From an uncultured virus (IMG/VR IMGVR_UViG_3300037466_001780) (lineage: Duplodnaviria > Heunggongvirae > Uroviricota > Caudoviricetes): a stretch of 20,000 nucleotides of DNA. A model generated the notes under the pieces. That model worked only from the letters and a program-made list of their open reading frames with translations. It ran no database searches and was not told the origin of the DNA. The translations under genes were made by a program, and so were the position numbers. The stretch is from IMG/VR virus record IMGVR_UViG_3300037466_001780; one strand, 5' to 3'. This document shows positions 1 through 7,256 of this stretch, piece after piece. How positions within the stretch are numbered: position 1 is the stretch's first letter; each line of letters starts with the position of its first letter.

Positions 1-260
1 TTTTCAATGGTATAACGGATAAATATTTGCTCGAAATTGAAGGGTTGTGTTCTCTTGGGAATAACGATGATCCGGGGGAATTGACTGTTACTTGTAAAGT
101 AAGTCCGACTGAATATAAGAAACATTTTCTTGGATTAAGTGACAACGTCAGTTATTTTGTAGAGCAAACCGACGCTGTTAATGCAGACCCATTTCATTAT
201 CGCGTACTGTTCCGTCCTGAATCCATCGTACCCGATATAGATTTGCAGACAAGCAAATAA
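1..260 (+). CDS. 5'-partial conserved phage protein (widespread beta-sandwich lipoprotein-like family, often mis-annotated as a Pin-like recombinase)
   Basis: The frame is open from the window edge (FNGITDKYLLEIEGLCS...YKKHFLGLSDNVSYFVEQ...YRVLFRPESIVPDID); the TTG at 27 is internal. Motifs match my recollection of this family. The lipobox would lie upstream of the window. Confidence 0.75.
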   Translation, partial: FNGITDKYLLEIEGLCSLGNNDDPGELTVTCKVSPTEYKKHFLGLSDNVSYFVEQTDAVNADPFHYRVLFRPESIVPDIDLQTSK

Positions 261-285
261 AAAGGACGCCTAAATAACGGCGTCC
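259..285 (-). terminator. Intrinsic terminator for the FtsK-relaxase operon
   Basis: Stem GGACGCC (264-270) / GGCGTCC (279-285), 8-nt loop; A-run 259-263 gives a U-tail on the minus strand only; overlaps the stop codon at 270. Confidence 0.7.
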
Positions 286-833
286 AGCGGCTTCTTTTGG
301 ATGATGTTAAACCCTGTCGGGGGTTTAATCTTGTACTCATAATCAGACACGATCCAAAGCGTTTTCGCGTCGTGCTGTTTACGTATAAACGATTCTGCAA
401 AGGCATCCACTTTCTGCTGCATCCGTTTTTGGCTTATGACCGTGCGCTGTAACTCGATTAGGATTGCTTCGCCATCCAATCGAGTGTAAGCATCCGGACT
501 GTACTCGTCGTTCACTTTCGGTTCGACTTCATATACCTTGGGCTGGCCGATCTGTATGTAGAGGTCGGCTATCCCGAGATAGTGCTGAATCTTAGGCGAT
601 TGCGGGTGAATAACTGAAGGATTCGGCATGTAGAGGTACGGTCGATCCTTCACTTGCGGAATCGGCAGAACGTATCCATCCCTTGTCAGCCGCTTCATTA
701 CTCGGTTTATGGTCAGTACCGGGCGGGCTACTTCAGGACAAGTCAGCGAAGCCAGTTGATCCCTTGACAAAACTCGGAAGTGTTTCAGAAGTTTCACGAT
801 CCTCTGATCCCTCTGCATCATCTTGGTTTCCAC
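270..833 (-). CDS. Replication-relaxation (Replic_Relax) family protein: winged-helix plus PD-(D/E)xK-like nuclease domain
   Basis: N-terminal RDQRIVKLLKHFRVLSRDQL...NRVMKRLTRDGYV (wHTH); conserved HYLGIADLY; PDAY...IELQR nuclease motif; directly follows an FtsK gene. True start may be ATG at 821 or 818. Confidence 0.85.
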   Translation of the reverse strand: METKMMQRDQRIVKLLKHFRVLSRDQLASLTCPEVARPVLTINRVMKRLTRDGYVLPIPQVKDRPYLYMPNPSVIHPQSPKIQHYLGIADLYIQIGQPKVYEVEPKVNDEYSPDAYTRLDGEAILIELQRTVISQKRMQQKVDAFAESFIRKQHDAKTLWIVSDYEYKIKPPTGFNIIQKKPLDAVI

Positions 834-1923
834 TCTTTCTGTACTTATTCAGGATTGCGACGGACTGTTCAGCCGACATGTAGGGAACCTGAACCGTTTC
901 CGGGAATCCGTCGAGAATAATCGCCCGGCCCTTAATCCGTCCAATATGCGCTGCATCCGGCAAGTCGAGAATGATCTTGGAATTCGTTTCATCTGCCGTA
1001 GCAAAACATATCCTCGATAACATGTTTGCCTTAGTTCGCGGTGCTAATACATCCTTGGCATCCGGTCGTTGGGAGGCGATAACTAAATGTATGTCAACAT
1101 ATCCGGCTGTCTCTGCTATTTCAGTGACCATCTCTTGAATAACATCGTCGTCCGCAAATCGGCCGTATTCATCGACGATTACAAAAAGCGGATTGACCTT
1201 TTCGTCGGGATACCGTTCGCGCAACTCTTTGAGGTCAACGCAATCCCCCTTGGACTTCAGCAACGCCTTCCGTTCCGCCACTTGATTTTGCACATCAGCG
1301 AGGAATACCCGAGCCTCCCCACCCGTTTCGGCGGTCTTAACTTGCGGGAGATTTTTGAACGGGTAAAGGTCAGTTATCTTATTATCAATGAAGATGATTT
1401 CGATGTTACCGTTCGTCACATCTATAAGATGGGTAGCCAAAAGCCGGAGGAATACCGACTTGCCCATCCGGGTTGCCCCGCCTACAAGAAGATGGCAACA
1501 CGTTTCATCCCAGAAATCGAGCATCTTCAGCCCGAACGGAGTAAAAAGCGGAATCGAAAGTCCCTCTTTCGGAAGTTGGTCAGTATAGTTCATGCTTGAA
1601 CTGAAAGGGGCGATGCCGAATTGAATCTCGAAAGTCGCACCGTAAAGCTGCTTGAACCGGACGTGTGTAGCGGTCGCCTGTTCCAACTCTTTCTTGTGCG
1701 CGGTTAAGTCCTCGTCGGTGATGCCGTAGGGTAGCGACACTTCCGCAACGACGGATTCTCCATCCCGGCGAACGTTCTTCAGATTCACGCCCTCGAAACA
1801 TTTCATATTTTCGAAGTACGCATTGGCCGAGCGTTTGATTACCGCTGTCGGCGTAAGCCTTTTGGCCCCGAACACGGAACCCGCCATCATCGCGGCCCCG
1901 ACAGTCATAAGAGACAAGATCAT
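733..1923 (-). CDS. FtsK/SpoIIIE-family ATPase (phage type)
   Basis: Walker A GGATRMGKS (about 1456-1482), Walker B VIVDE, IASQRPD and GRAI motifs; hydrophobic N-terminus; RBS AAGGAGGGAG upstream; no recognisable C-terminal gamma domain. Confidence 0.92.
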   Translation of the reverse strand: MILSLMTVGAAMMAGSVFGAKRLTPTAVIKRSANAYFENMKCFEGVNLKNVRRDGESVVAEVSLPYGITDEDLTAHKKELEQATATHVRFKQLYGATFEIQFGIAPFSSSMNYTDQLPKEGLSIPLFTPFGLKMLDFWDETCCHLLVGGATRMGKSVFLRLLATHLIDVTNGNIEIIFIDNKITDLYPFKNLPQVKTAETGGEARVFLADVQNQVAERKALLKSKGDCVDLKELRERYPDEKVNPLFVIVDEYGRFADDDVIQEMVTEIAETAGYVDIHLVIASQRPDAKDVLAPRTKANMLSRICFATADETNSKIILDLPDAAHIGRIKGRAIILDGFPETVQVPYMSAEQSVAILNKYRKSGNQDDAEGSEDRETSETLPSFVKGSTGFADLS

Positions 1924-1940
1924 GTAACTCCCTCCTTCAT

Positions 1941-1980
1941 TAATATGTTATGCGGATATATTATGTTACATTCTGTCACA
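1941..1980 (-). promoter_or_regulatory. Candidate sporulation-sigma-type promoter region for the FtsK-relaxase operon
   Basis: Minus strand has three CATA boxes: CATAATATA (1965-1957), CATAACATA (1952-1944) and CATATTA (1947-1941), just upstream of the RBS. No -35 element fits any one sigma at ideal spacing. Confidence 0.35.
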
Positions 1981-1998
1981 TGAAAGGTGTGATATGGT

Positions 1999-2487
1999 AT
2001 GCGGGTACTATGCTTTGATCCGTCAGGCAACTTTAGCGCTAATGAAGGGAAAGGCAGTTCTGGGTGGGCGTATTTCGAGGACGGACAACTGAAGGATTTC
2101 GGCAATATAAAAGCCGAAAAAGCGGAGAGTATTGAAAGGTATTGGCACGAACACGCTCGATTAATCGACCGATGGATGCCGAACAAAATTGTATGCGAGT
2201 CGTATAAGTTACAGCCCGGCAAGGCTATGGCACAATCGCACTCATCTTTAGAAACCAGTCAATTAATCGGCTATATTCGTATGACCGCTTGGGGGCATGA
2301 CTACGGAGAAATATCATTCGTACTCCAAGACCCGGCTTGCAAAACCCGCGTAGCCGATCCGATTTTAGAGCGCATGGGCATCATCGAAAAACGAGGTAAT
2401 CGTTACTACTGCCAAGACAAACTCACGAATGACCATCAACGTGACGCAATACGCCACGGCGTATATTGGCATAAATATGGTAAATAA
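1999..2487 (+). CDS. RuvC-like (RNase H fold) nuclease, probable Holliday junction resolvase
   Basis: N-terminal VLCFDPSG...SSGWAYF, central IVCESY, C-terminal NDHQRDA give the RuvC-type acidic arrangement; 162 aa; RBS GAAAGGTG. Confidence 0.75.
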   Translation: MRVLCFDPSGNFSANEGKGSSGWAYFEDGQLKDFGNIKAEKAESIERYWHEHARLIDRWMPNKIVCESYKLQPGKAMAQSHSSLETSQLIGYIRMTAWGHDYGEISFVLQDPACKTRVADPILERMGIIEKRGNRYYCQDKLTNDHQRDAIRHGVYWHKYGK

Positions 2488-2644
2488 GCCGCTGAAATTT
2501 TCGTCGCGCTACCCTAACGAAGTGGACACGAAAATTAAGGAATATGAAAAGCGGGGATACAAACTGAAGAACAGAGGGGTTTTCCGGAATGACCGGGGAG
2601 CCGCAGACCAAATTAAACATTGGGCGGTGATGATACGTGAGTAA
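2477..2644 (+). CDS. Small hypothetical phage protein (55 aa)
   Basis: ATG at 2477 overlaps the end of the RuvC-like gene and the ORF end overlaps the next start, as in a coupled operon; MVNKPLKFSSR...EYEKRGYKL...HWAVMIRE. Confidence 0.65.
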   Translation: MVNKPLKFSSRYPNEVDTKIKEYEKRGYKLKNRGVFRNDRGAADQIKHWAVMIRE

Positions 2645-2831
2645 CCCGATATTGATCGAGATAGTGAAGATGTTCGAGGCACAGCAGGAGAAGGGCTTTA
2701 ATAAGTACGGAGAGTATGTCAATATTGACAGTTATTCAATCATCGGATGGATTGAACACGCGCAACAGGAAATGATAGACGGACTCGTATACCTTGAATG
2801 TATCAAACAGAAATTAAAAACCCCCGATTAA
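2637..2831 (+). CDS. Small conserved phage protein, possibly an all-alpha NTP-pyrophosphohydrolase (MazG-like)
   Basis: Pattern QEKGFNKYG...WIEHAQQEMIDGLVYLE matches a common phage family (KG.KKYG...W..HA.EE..D...Y) with an ExxD metal-binding-like helix; GTG start with GGTGA upstream. Confidence 0.6.
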   Translation: MSNPILIEIVKMFEAQQEKGFNKYGEYVNIDSYSIIGWIEHAQQEMIDGLVYLECIKQKLKTPD

Positions 2832-2846
2832 GCACCGGGGGTTTTA
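2816..2846. terminator. Bidirectional intrinsic terminator at the convergence of plus-strand and late genes
   Basis: AAAACCCCCG (2817-2826) / CGGGGGTTTT (2836-2845) inverted repeat with a T-run on both strands; the loop contains TTAA (2828-2831), which supplies both stop codons. Confidence 0.85.
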
Positions 2847-3010
2847 TTATGGTTTTTGATGATGCCGTACAGCGTTGTCGCTGCGGTAATTAAAAGTACG
2901 ATACCTTCCACAATCGTTTGCTGTGTGTCATCGTCGATGCTGATGTGGAAAACTCCCCCGGCGATCAAAGCGATAAGTGCAACGATAGGCGCGATTACGG
3001 TTTTACTCAT
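2828..3010 (-). CDS. Small two-TM membrane protein, probable holin
   Basis: 60 aa; two hydrophobic segments (VIAPIVALIALIAGGVF and IVEGIVLLITAATTLYGII) joined by an acidic loop; basic C-terminus; ATGA overlap with the endolysin stop. Confidence 0.75.
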   Translation of the reverse strand: MSKTVIAPIVALIALIAGGVFHISIDDDTQQTIVEGIVLLITAATTLYGIIKNHNKTPGA

Positions 3011-3612
3011 TTTATCCCTCCTATTTTTCGTACTTCATCGGCAAGGCGATGGATTTCCTCTCTTGTTAGCGGGACGCCTCCGGCGTTGTGTATGTCGAGG
3101 TTCCAAGCCTGCCCAAGAATGGCGACAATCTTTTCAGCATCCTCTTTTTTCATTTCGGCATCATACTCCTTCAGCCCTTCGGATTGGATGATGGCGTTCA
3201 GTTTCTTTGCGTAGTCCGGATCGGTCGCATACCCGCATAAGTGAAGCGCGTCCGTCTGTTCTTCAGACGTTTTCGCTGAACGAACTCTAGCGTATCGGAT
3301 CGCTTGGAACAAGCGATCTTGATCCCGGTAGAAATCGTATATGGAATCGTAGGCTCGCCATACGGCGGTTGTCGTTATACGACGGCCGCCCACGACTTCC
3401 CACGTTGGTGTTGTGTAGGTCTTGCCCTTCCAAAACTCGTTCGGCGTTCCCCCGCCTACCTTAAATCCCCCAAGATTGTTATACTGGTTCAGGTTACAGC
3501 CTGTCTCCAAGATGTTCTGCGCGATCCGGACTGAAGGAAGAAGCGGAGAGCCTTCTTTCCTTGCCCGGATTGCGTGCGGCGCAACGGTTGCTATAAAGTC
3601 GGATCGGTTCAT
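3007..3612 (-). CDS. Endolysin, GH73 glucosaminidase/muramidase (FlgJ-like) with a short helical C-terminal domain
   Basis: SVRIAQNILETG (catalytic Glu), NNLGGFK, WRAYDS and GYATDPDYAKKL (YxTD) motifs; start moved to ATG 3612 (GGAG RBS, ATGA overlap with the upstream holin); 201 aa. Confidence 0.92.
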   Translation of the reverse strand: MNRSDFIATVAPHAIRARKEGSPLLPSVRIAQNILETGCNLNQYNNLGGFKVGGGTPNEFWKGKTYTTPTWEVVGGRRITTTAVWRAYDSIYDFYRDQDRLFQAIRYARVRSAKTSEEQTDALHLCGYATDPDYAKKLNAIIQSEGLKEYDAEMKKEDAEKIVAILGQAWNLDIHNAGGVPLTREEIHRLADEVRKIGGIK

Positions 3613-3842
3613 CCTTGCTCCCTCCTTTGTTCCGTAACCCATTTTTTGATCGCCTTGACGTCGGACTGAAGATTGTCGAGTGCTTGAAGTCCCTTGGCTT
3701 GCATTTCAATAACCGCGATGAATCGCTTTTCCCGCTCGTCATTCTTTTTAAGAACATATCGGATAATCCACCAAGTTCCGGCCGCTAATCCGACGAGTAA
3801 AACGTAGAATGGGCTGTCCGACGCATTGATAAAAGGCTCCAC
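3609..3842 (-). CDS. BhlA/UviB-family holin-like protein
   Basis: 77 aa; one N-terminal TM followed by YVLKKNDEREKRF and a coiled-coil (IQSDV-like LQSDVKAIK); AGGAGG RBS; directly upstream of the endolysin. Confidence 0.82.
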   Translation of the reverse strand: MEPFINASDSPFYVLLVGLAAGTWWIIRYVLKKNDEREKRFIAVIEMQAKGLQALDNLQSDVKAIKKWVTEQRREQG

Positions 3843-3854
3843 TGTTCGACCTCC

Positions 3855-6800
3855 TTATTGTCCCAAATTAATAGGCTTACCGAAGGGACTTAGGAGTTGG
3901 CCGATTGCGTCTAGGATGCTCGTCTCTCCGCTTCCAACATCATAGGCTGTGCGCCCATACTTTCCGCCAATATTGCCTAAAGCGTATTTAGCCCATGCGC
4001 CGGGGTCGAACCCGCCCTTATACTCTCTTTCATAATCAATGGGCTTCCCGGTGTAAAGGCTTTTGTTAGTTGCAACTTCCGTCGGAACTTTGAACATCGG
4101 GTTGAGCGACGAAAGCCCGTACCGGAGCGTTTCCGGAACGCTGCCGCTTAACACTTCATTCAGGTCGTTCAGCGGAAGCATAGGATCGCGGCCTTTGCCA
4201 AGCACTTTGAAGTAAGAAGGAACGGAGTACCCCGGCATGTCGGAGTTGTCGCCTTGATTCGCCCTCTTAATTCGCTCGTAAGTGCTGTAAAAACGCGGTT
4301 GCTGTGCGAGTTTTTCGATCTGAAGCGGGACGTTGTTTTTCATCCAGTTCCAGAACGGCACGATAGTCCGCATCACCCGGTCGCCTGTTGTCATTTCGTG
4401 ATAATTGAATAAGTGCTTGCGAACCAAATCTGAAGCGTGCTTCGTGGAGCCTGTTTCCAGCCCCTTCATAAACAGCGCAAGCCGTGTCACGTTGTCGGCA
4501 GGCTCCCCGAGTATTCTCCGCATCCCTTTAGCGACTTTGTTGTTATACATAAAGTGCGCTACTTTTGCGGTTCCGCCTTTTGCTTGACCGCTTTTAAGGT
4601 ACTCGGTCGGGTTGCCTTGATGCAGGACGCCCGTTTCAAGGGCTTGATCCCATACTTTCTGCTGTTCCGCTGTCGCTTTGCCCCGCTTCATGGCAATCAT
4701 CAGTTTCCCGGCATCAACGTAGTTCTTACTAGAAACGCCAGCGAGTGCGTTATTAAACAAGTTACCTGTGAAGTTGTTCATATAGTGCGATGGAACGTAG
4801 GTCGTATAAACTGAACGGATGATGCTCGTCACATTTTCGGCCAAAGTCAGGAACTTTTGAAAACCCTTATCCGTAAAGACTTGATCCGTTTTCTTCATCG
4901 CGTCGAACACTTCTTTATGAATCAACGTTCCCGGCTTTAGGTTGAGTGCGCCCGCTTCTTCCTTCGTCAACTGATGGAATTGACCTTTCACCCTAGCCGC
5001 TTCCGGCGTGTTGCTAATTGTATCGCGGATTAACCCGTTCTTCCGAAGTCCGTCCTGCAAGTCTTTCATCGCCCGGACTTTGATAGACTTGGTGTAACGT
5101 TTACCGAGCGCGTCGATAGGATCACGTTCGAACAGATTGGATAGAATGTCGATTTTATCGTTGATTTCTGCCAACGCTTCCGGATCGGTCGTTTTCTTCG
5201 CAGCGTCATCCAACTTATTAAGCGCATTATCAAGTTCCGCGAACGAATCGAAGGACTTCCGTTCTTTCGAAAACTTACTGCTTGTTCCCTTGGCTACGAG
5301 CCTTGCGAACGATTCGTCTTTCTTTGCGTACTCCGCAGCCCTGTCAAGCGCGTCCTGCGAAAGGTTTTTGATAACGTGCGGAGCGTAATTCGGAAGAACG
5401 CCCTGAAGAATACCCCGCTTGCTTTCTTCGCTGGCGATCTTTTGATAGATCGGACGAAGTTTATTGGCAACGGCCTGTGCGCGGTCTGAAATAGCCACGT
5501 TGTAGTTGTCCGGAAACTTGTTTTCGAGCAGATAGGCAACTTGCTTATTTTCTTCTTCGGAGAAATCCTTCGTCGCTTTCTTCAGGTCAGCAACGACATG
5601 TTCAGCCTCCCGCATCCCGACACGCTTCACGTTTTCGGCGTTTTGGATTTGTTCAGCCGCATGATTTACAATGCCTTCTCCCGCGACACCGAGTGTCCGG
5701 GGATTAAAGACATCGGTAACTTTGCCAATTTGGTCGCCTAGTTTCGACCTGCCGCCCATATCCTGAATGAACTGGTCGAGCGTTTTCGGAAGGCTAAAAT
5801 CTTTCGCAACTTCCCCGGTAATTTTCTGTCCGAGGATAGGCTGGTCAACAATTTCTGCCGTATGGCTTACATCGCCTATTTTCGTAGCCGCATCGTCAAT
5901 TGCAGTACGGATTGCATCGGCGGTTTTTCCTTTAATCGTGCCGGGCAATTTACCAAGAGCCGCGCCGAACGTCCGCATCGCTTCAGGCCCAAGATTACGC
6001 AAAGCAGGAATGTCATTTTCCAAACTTTTAACAAACGGCGCGAGTCGGTCTGCAACTCGCGGATCGAGTTGACTAAGGAAATCTTCGGCCTGAAATGGAT
6101 GATAATTTACAAACTGGTTATGGCCGATAACTTGATCTTCGACATTAAAATCCCGAAGGTTGTTCTTCAAATTGCCGTCATTACCGCGAAACTTGTTGAT
6201 GTAATCTTGGGCGACTTTGGACTGTTCCTGAAGATGGGCAAACTCTTGTACGTTCATGTCTTTTAAGTCATTAACTTCGATACCCATCTTCTTCAGAATC
6301 GCCTTTTGTTCTACATCCGTTTTTGCACCGATGTTGGCAAGGATGTCGGCGGCTGAAGCGGCTCCGGTAAGCCCAATCTTCGCCGGATTCTTCATCAAAA
6401 AGCCCGGTTTTGTGCCGAACTGTTTGGTGATTTTGGTAAATGGGATATCGAGGTTAATAAGCGCGTTTTGTGCTTGCCCACGCGCTGCTTTGCCTGCCCC
6501 TTCAATCGCATCGCGGGCGGCGAAACCTTTCTTAACGGCGAACCGTTCCGCGAGGTCGGGGTTAATACCCTTTGCAATAAGGTCGTTCTTCAGTTTTTCG
6601 AAGATATTAACGGCGGTATTTCCGGCGATATTGGTCAGGTTTTTGCCCTTAGTTGCTGCTTTTACGCCTGCTTTACCTGCTTCTTCAAGCGCGACTTTGC
6701 CTGCTGCTCTTGCCCCGGCCTTCATCGCGGAGCCTGCGCCGAAGGTTAAAAACGTGAGCGGATCGAATAAAATATCCCCCGCAAGCCCGCCCCATTTCAG

Positions 6801-7250
6801 CGCGGCGTCATTCTTCACACCAAAATTTTTAAGCGTTTGATCGAATCCCGGTTCGTTTGCTCCGGCTGAAGCCATCGAGCCGATAATCGGAATGTCCCGC
6901 GCATCGCCTGTACCGTCATTCCAAGCGTCCAACTGTCCTTTTCCAGCGCGAAGCCCAAGCTGAAGGGCATTGATAAATGGGATGTCATTTGCCCGGAGTT
7001 TACCGTCCGACCAAGCATTCGTCAGCGACGTAAGCGGTTTGGACGTTGCATTAAGCGTATGAAGGGCTGTCTGCCAAAGCGGTTGATGATAACCCGAGGG
7101 AGAACCCCCGGACGAACCGGAGGCTTTCGGGTTAAAACTGAAAGCAGCATCGCCGCCGATAGGGACGATAGGGGCGTGTCCTGTCGCGGGGCCAATTATA
7201 TTAGAGCCGATTAAAGCCAATATTTCTTCTGCTGTACGTGCCACATTCAC
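3855..7250 (-). CDS. Large (1131 aa) putative internal virion/DNA-ejection protein with an LPD38-like C-terminus
   Basis: Long ORF, helical and Ala/Lys/Gly-rich; N-terminal hydrophobic GGLAGDILFDPLTFLTFGAG; C-terminal LFNY...IVPFWNWMKNNVP and NPMFKVPTEVATNKSLYTGKPI motifs that I associate with large podovirus ejection/polyvalent proteins; last gene before lysis. CDS is certain, function is inferred. Confidence 0.65.
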   Translation of the reverse strand: MNVARTAEEILALIGSNIIGPATGHAPIVPIGGDAAFSFNPKASGSSGGSPSGYHQPLWQTALHTLNATSKPLTSLTNAWSDGKLRANDIPFINALQLGLRAGKGQLDAWNDGTGDARDIPIIGSMASAGANEPGFDQTLKNFGVKNDAALKWGGLAGDILFDPLTFLTFGAGSAMKAGARAAGKVALEEAGKAGVKAATKGKNLTNIAGNTAVNIFEKLKNDLIAKGINPDLAERFAVKKGFAARDAIEGAGKAARGQAQNALINLDIPFTKITKQFGTKPGFLMKNPAKIGLTGAASAADILANIGAKTDVEQKAILKKMGIEVNDLKDMNVQEFAHLQEQSKVAQDYINKFRGNDGNLKNNLRDFNVEDQVIGHNQFVNYHPFQAEDFLSQLDPRVADRLAPFVKSLENDIPALRNLGPEAMRTFGAALGKLPGTIKGKTADAIRTAIDDAATKIGDVSHTAEIVDQPILGQKITGEVAKDFSLPKTLDQFIQDMGGRSKLGDQIGKVTDVFNPRTLGVAGEGIVNHAAEQIQNAENVKRVGMREAEHVVADLKKATKDFSEEENKQVAYLLENKFPDNYNVAISDRAQAVANKLRPIYQKIASEESKRGILQGVLPNYAPHVIKNLSQDALDRAAEYAKKDESFARLVAKGTSSKFSKERKSFDSFAELDNALNKLDDAAKKTTDPEALAEINDKIDILSNLFERDPIDALGKRYTKSIKVRAMKDLQDGLRKNGLIRDTISNTPEAARVKGQFHQLTKEEAGALNLKPGTLIHKEVFDAMKKTDQVFTDKGFQKFLTLAENVTSIIRSVYTTYVPSHYMNNFTGNLFNNALAGVSSKNYVDAGKLMIAMKRGKATAEQQKVWDQALETGVLHQGNPTEYLKSGQAKGGTAKVAHFMYNNKVAKGMRRILGEPADNVTRLALFMKGLETGSTKHASDLVRKHLFNYHEMTTGDRVMRTIVPFWNWMKNNVPLQIEKLAQQPRFYSTYERIKRANQGDNSDMPGYSVPSYFKVLGKGRDPMLPLNDLNEVLSGSVPETLRYGLSSLNPMFKVPTEVATNKSLYTGKPIDYEREYKGGFDPGAWAKYALGNIGGKYGRTAYDVGSGETSILDAIGQLLSPFGKPINLGQ

Positions 7251-7256
7251 ACCCCC

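Noticed and set aside
1999..2487. RuvC-like protein as a TnpB/Cas12-type RNA-guided nuclease
   Set aside because: Only 162 aa with a contiguous RuvC fold; no zinc finger, transposon ends or space for a guide RNA.
3855..7250. 1131-aa protein as a tape measure protein
   Set aside because: It lies downstream of the tail fibre rather than upstream of the tail-tip genes and lacks obvious periodic Trp/Phe repeats; its motifs fit ejection/polyvalent proteins better.
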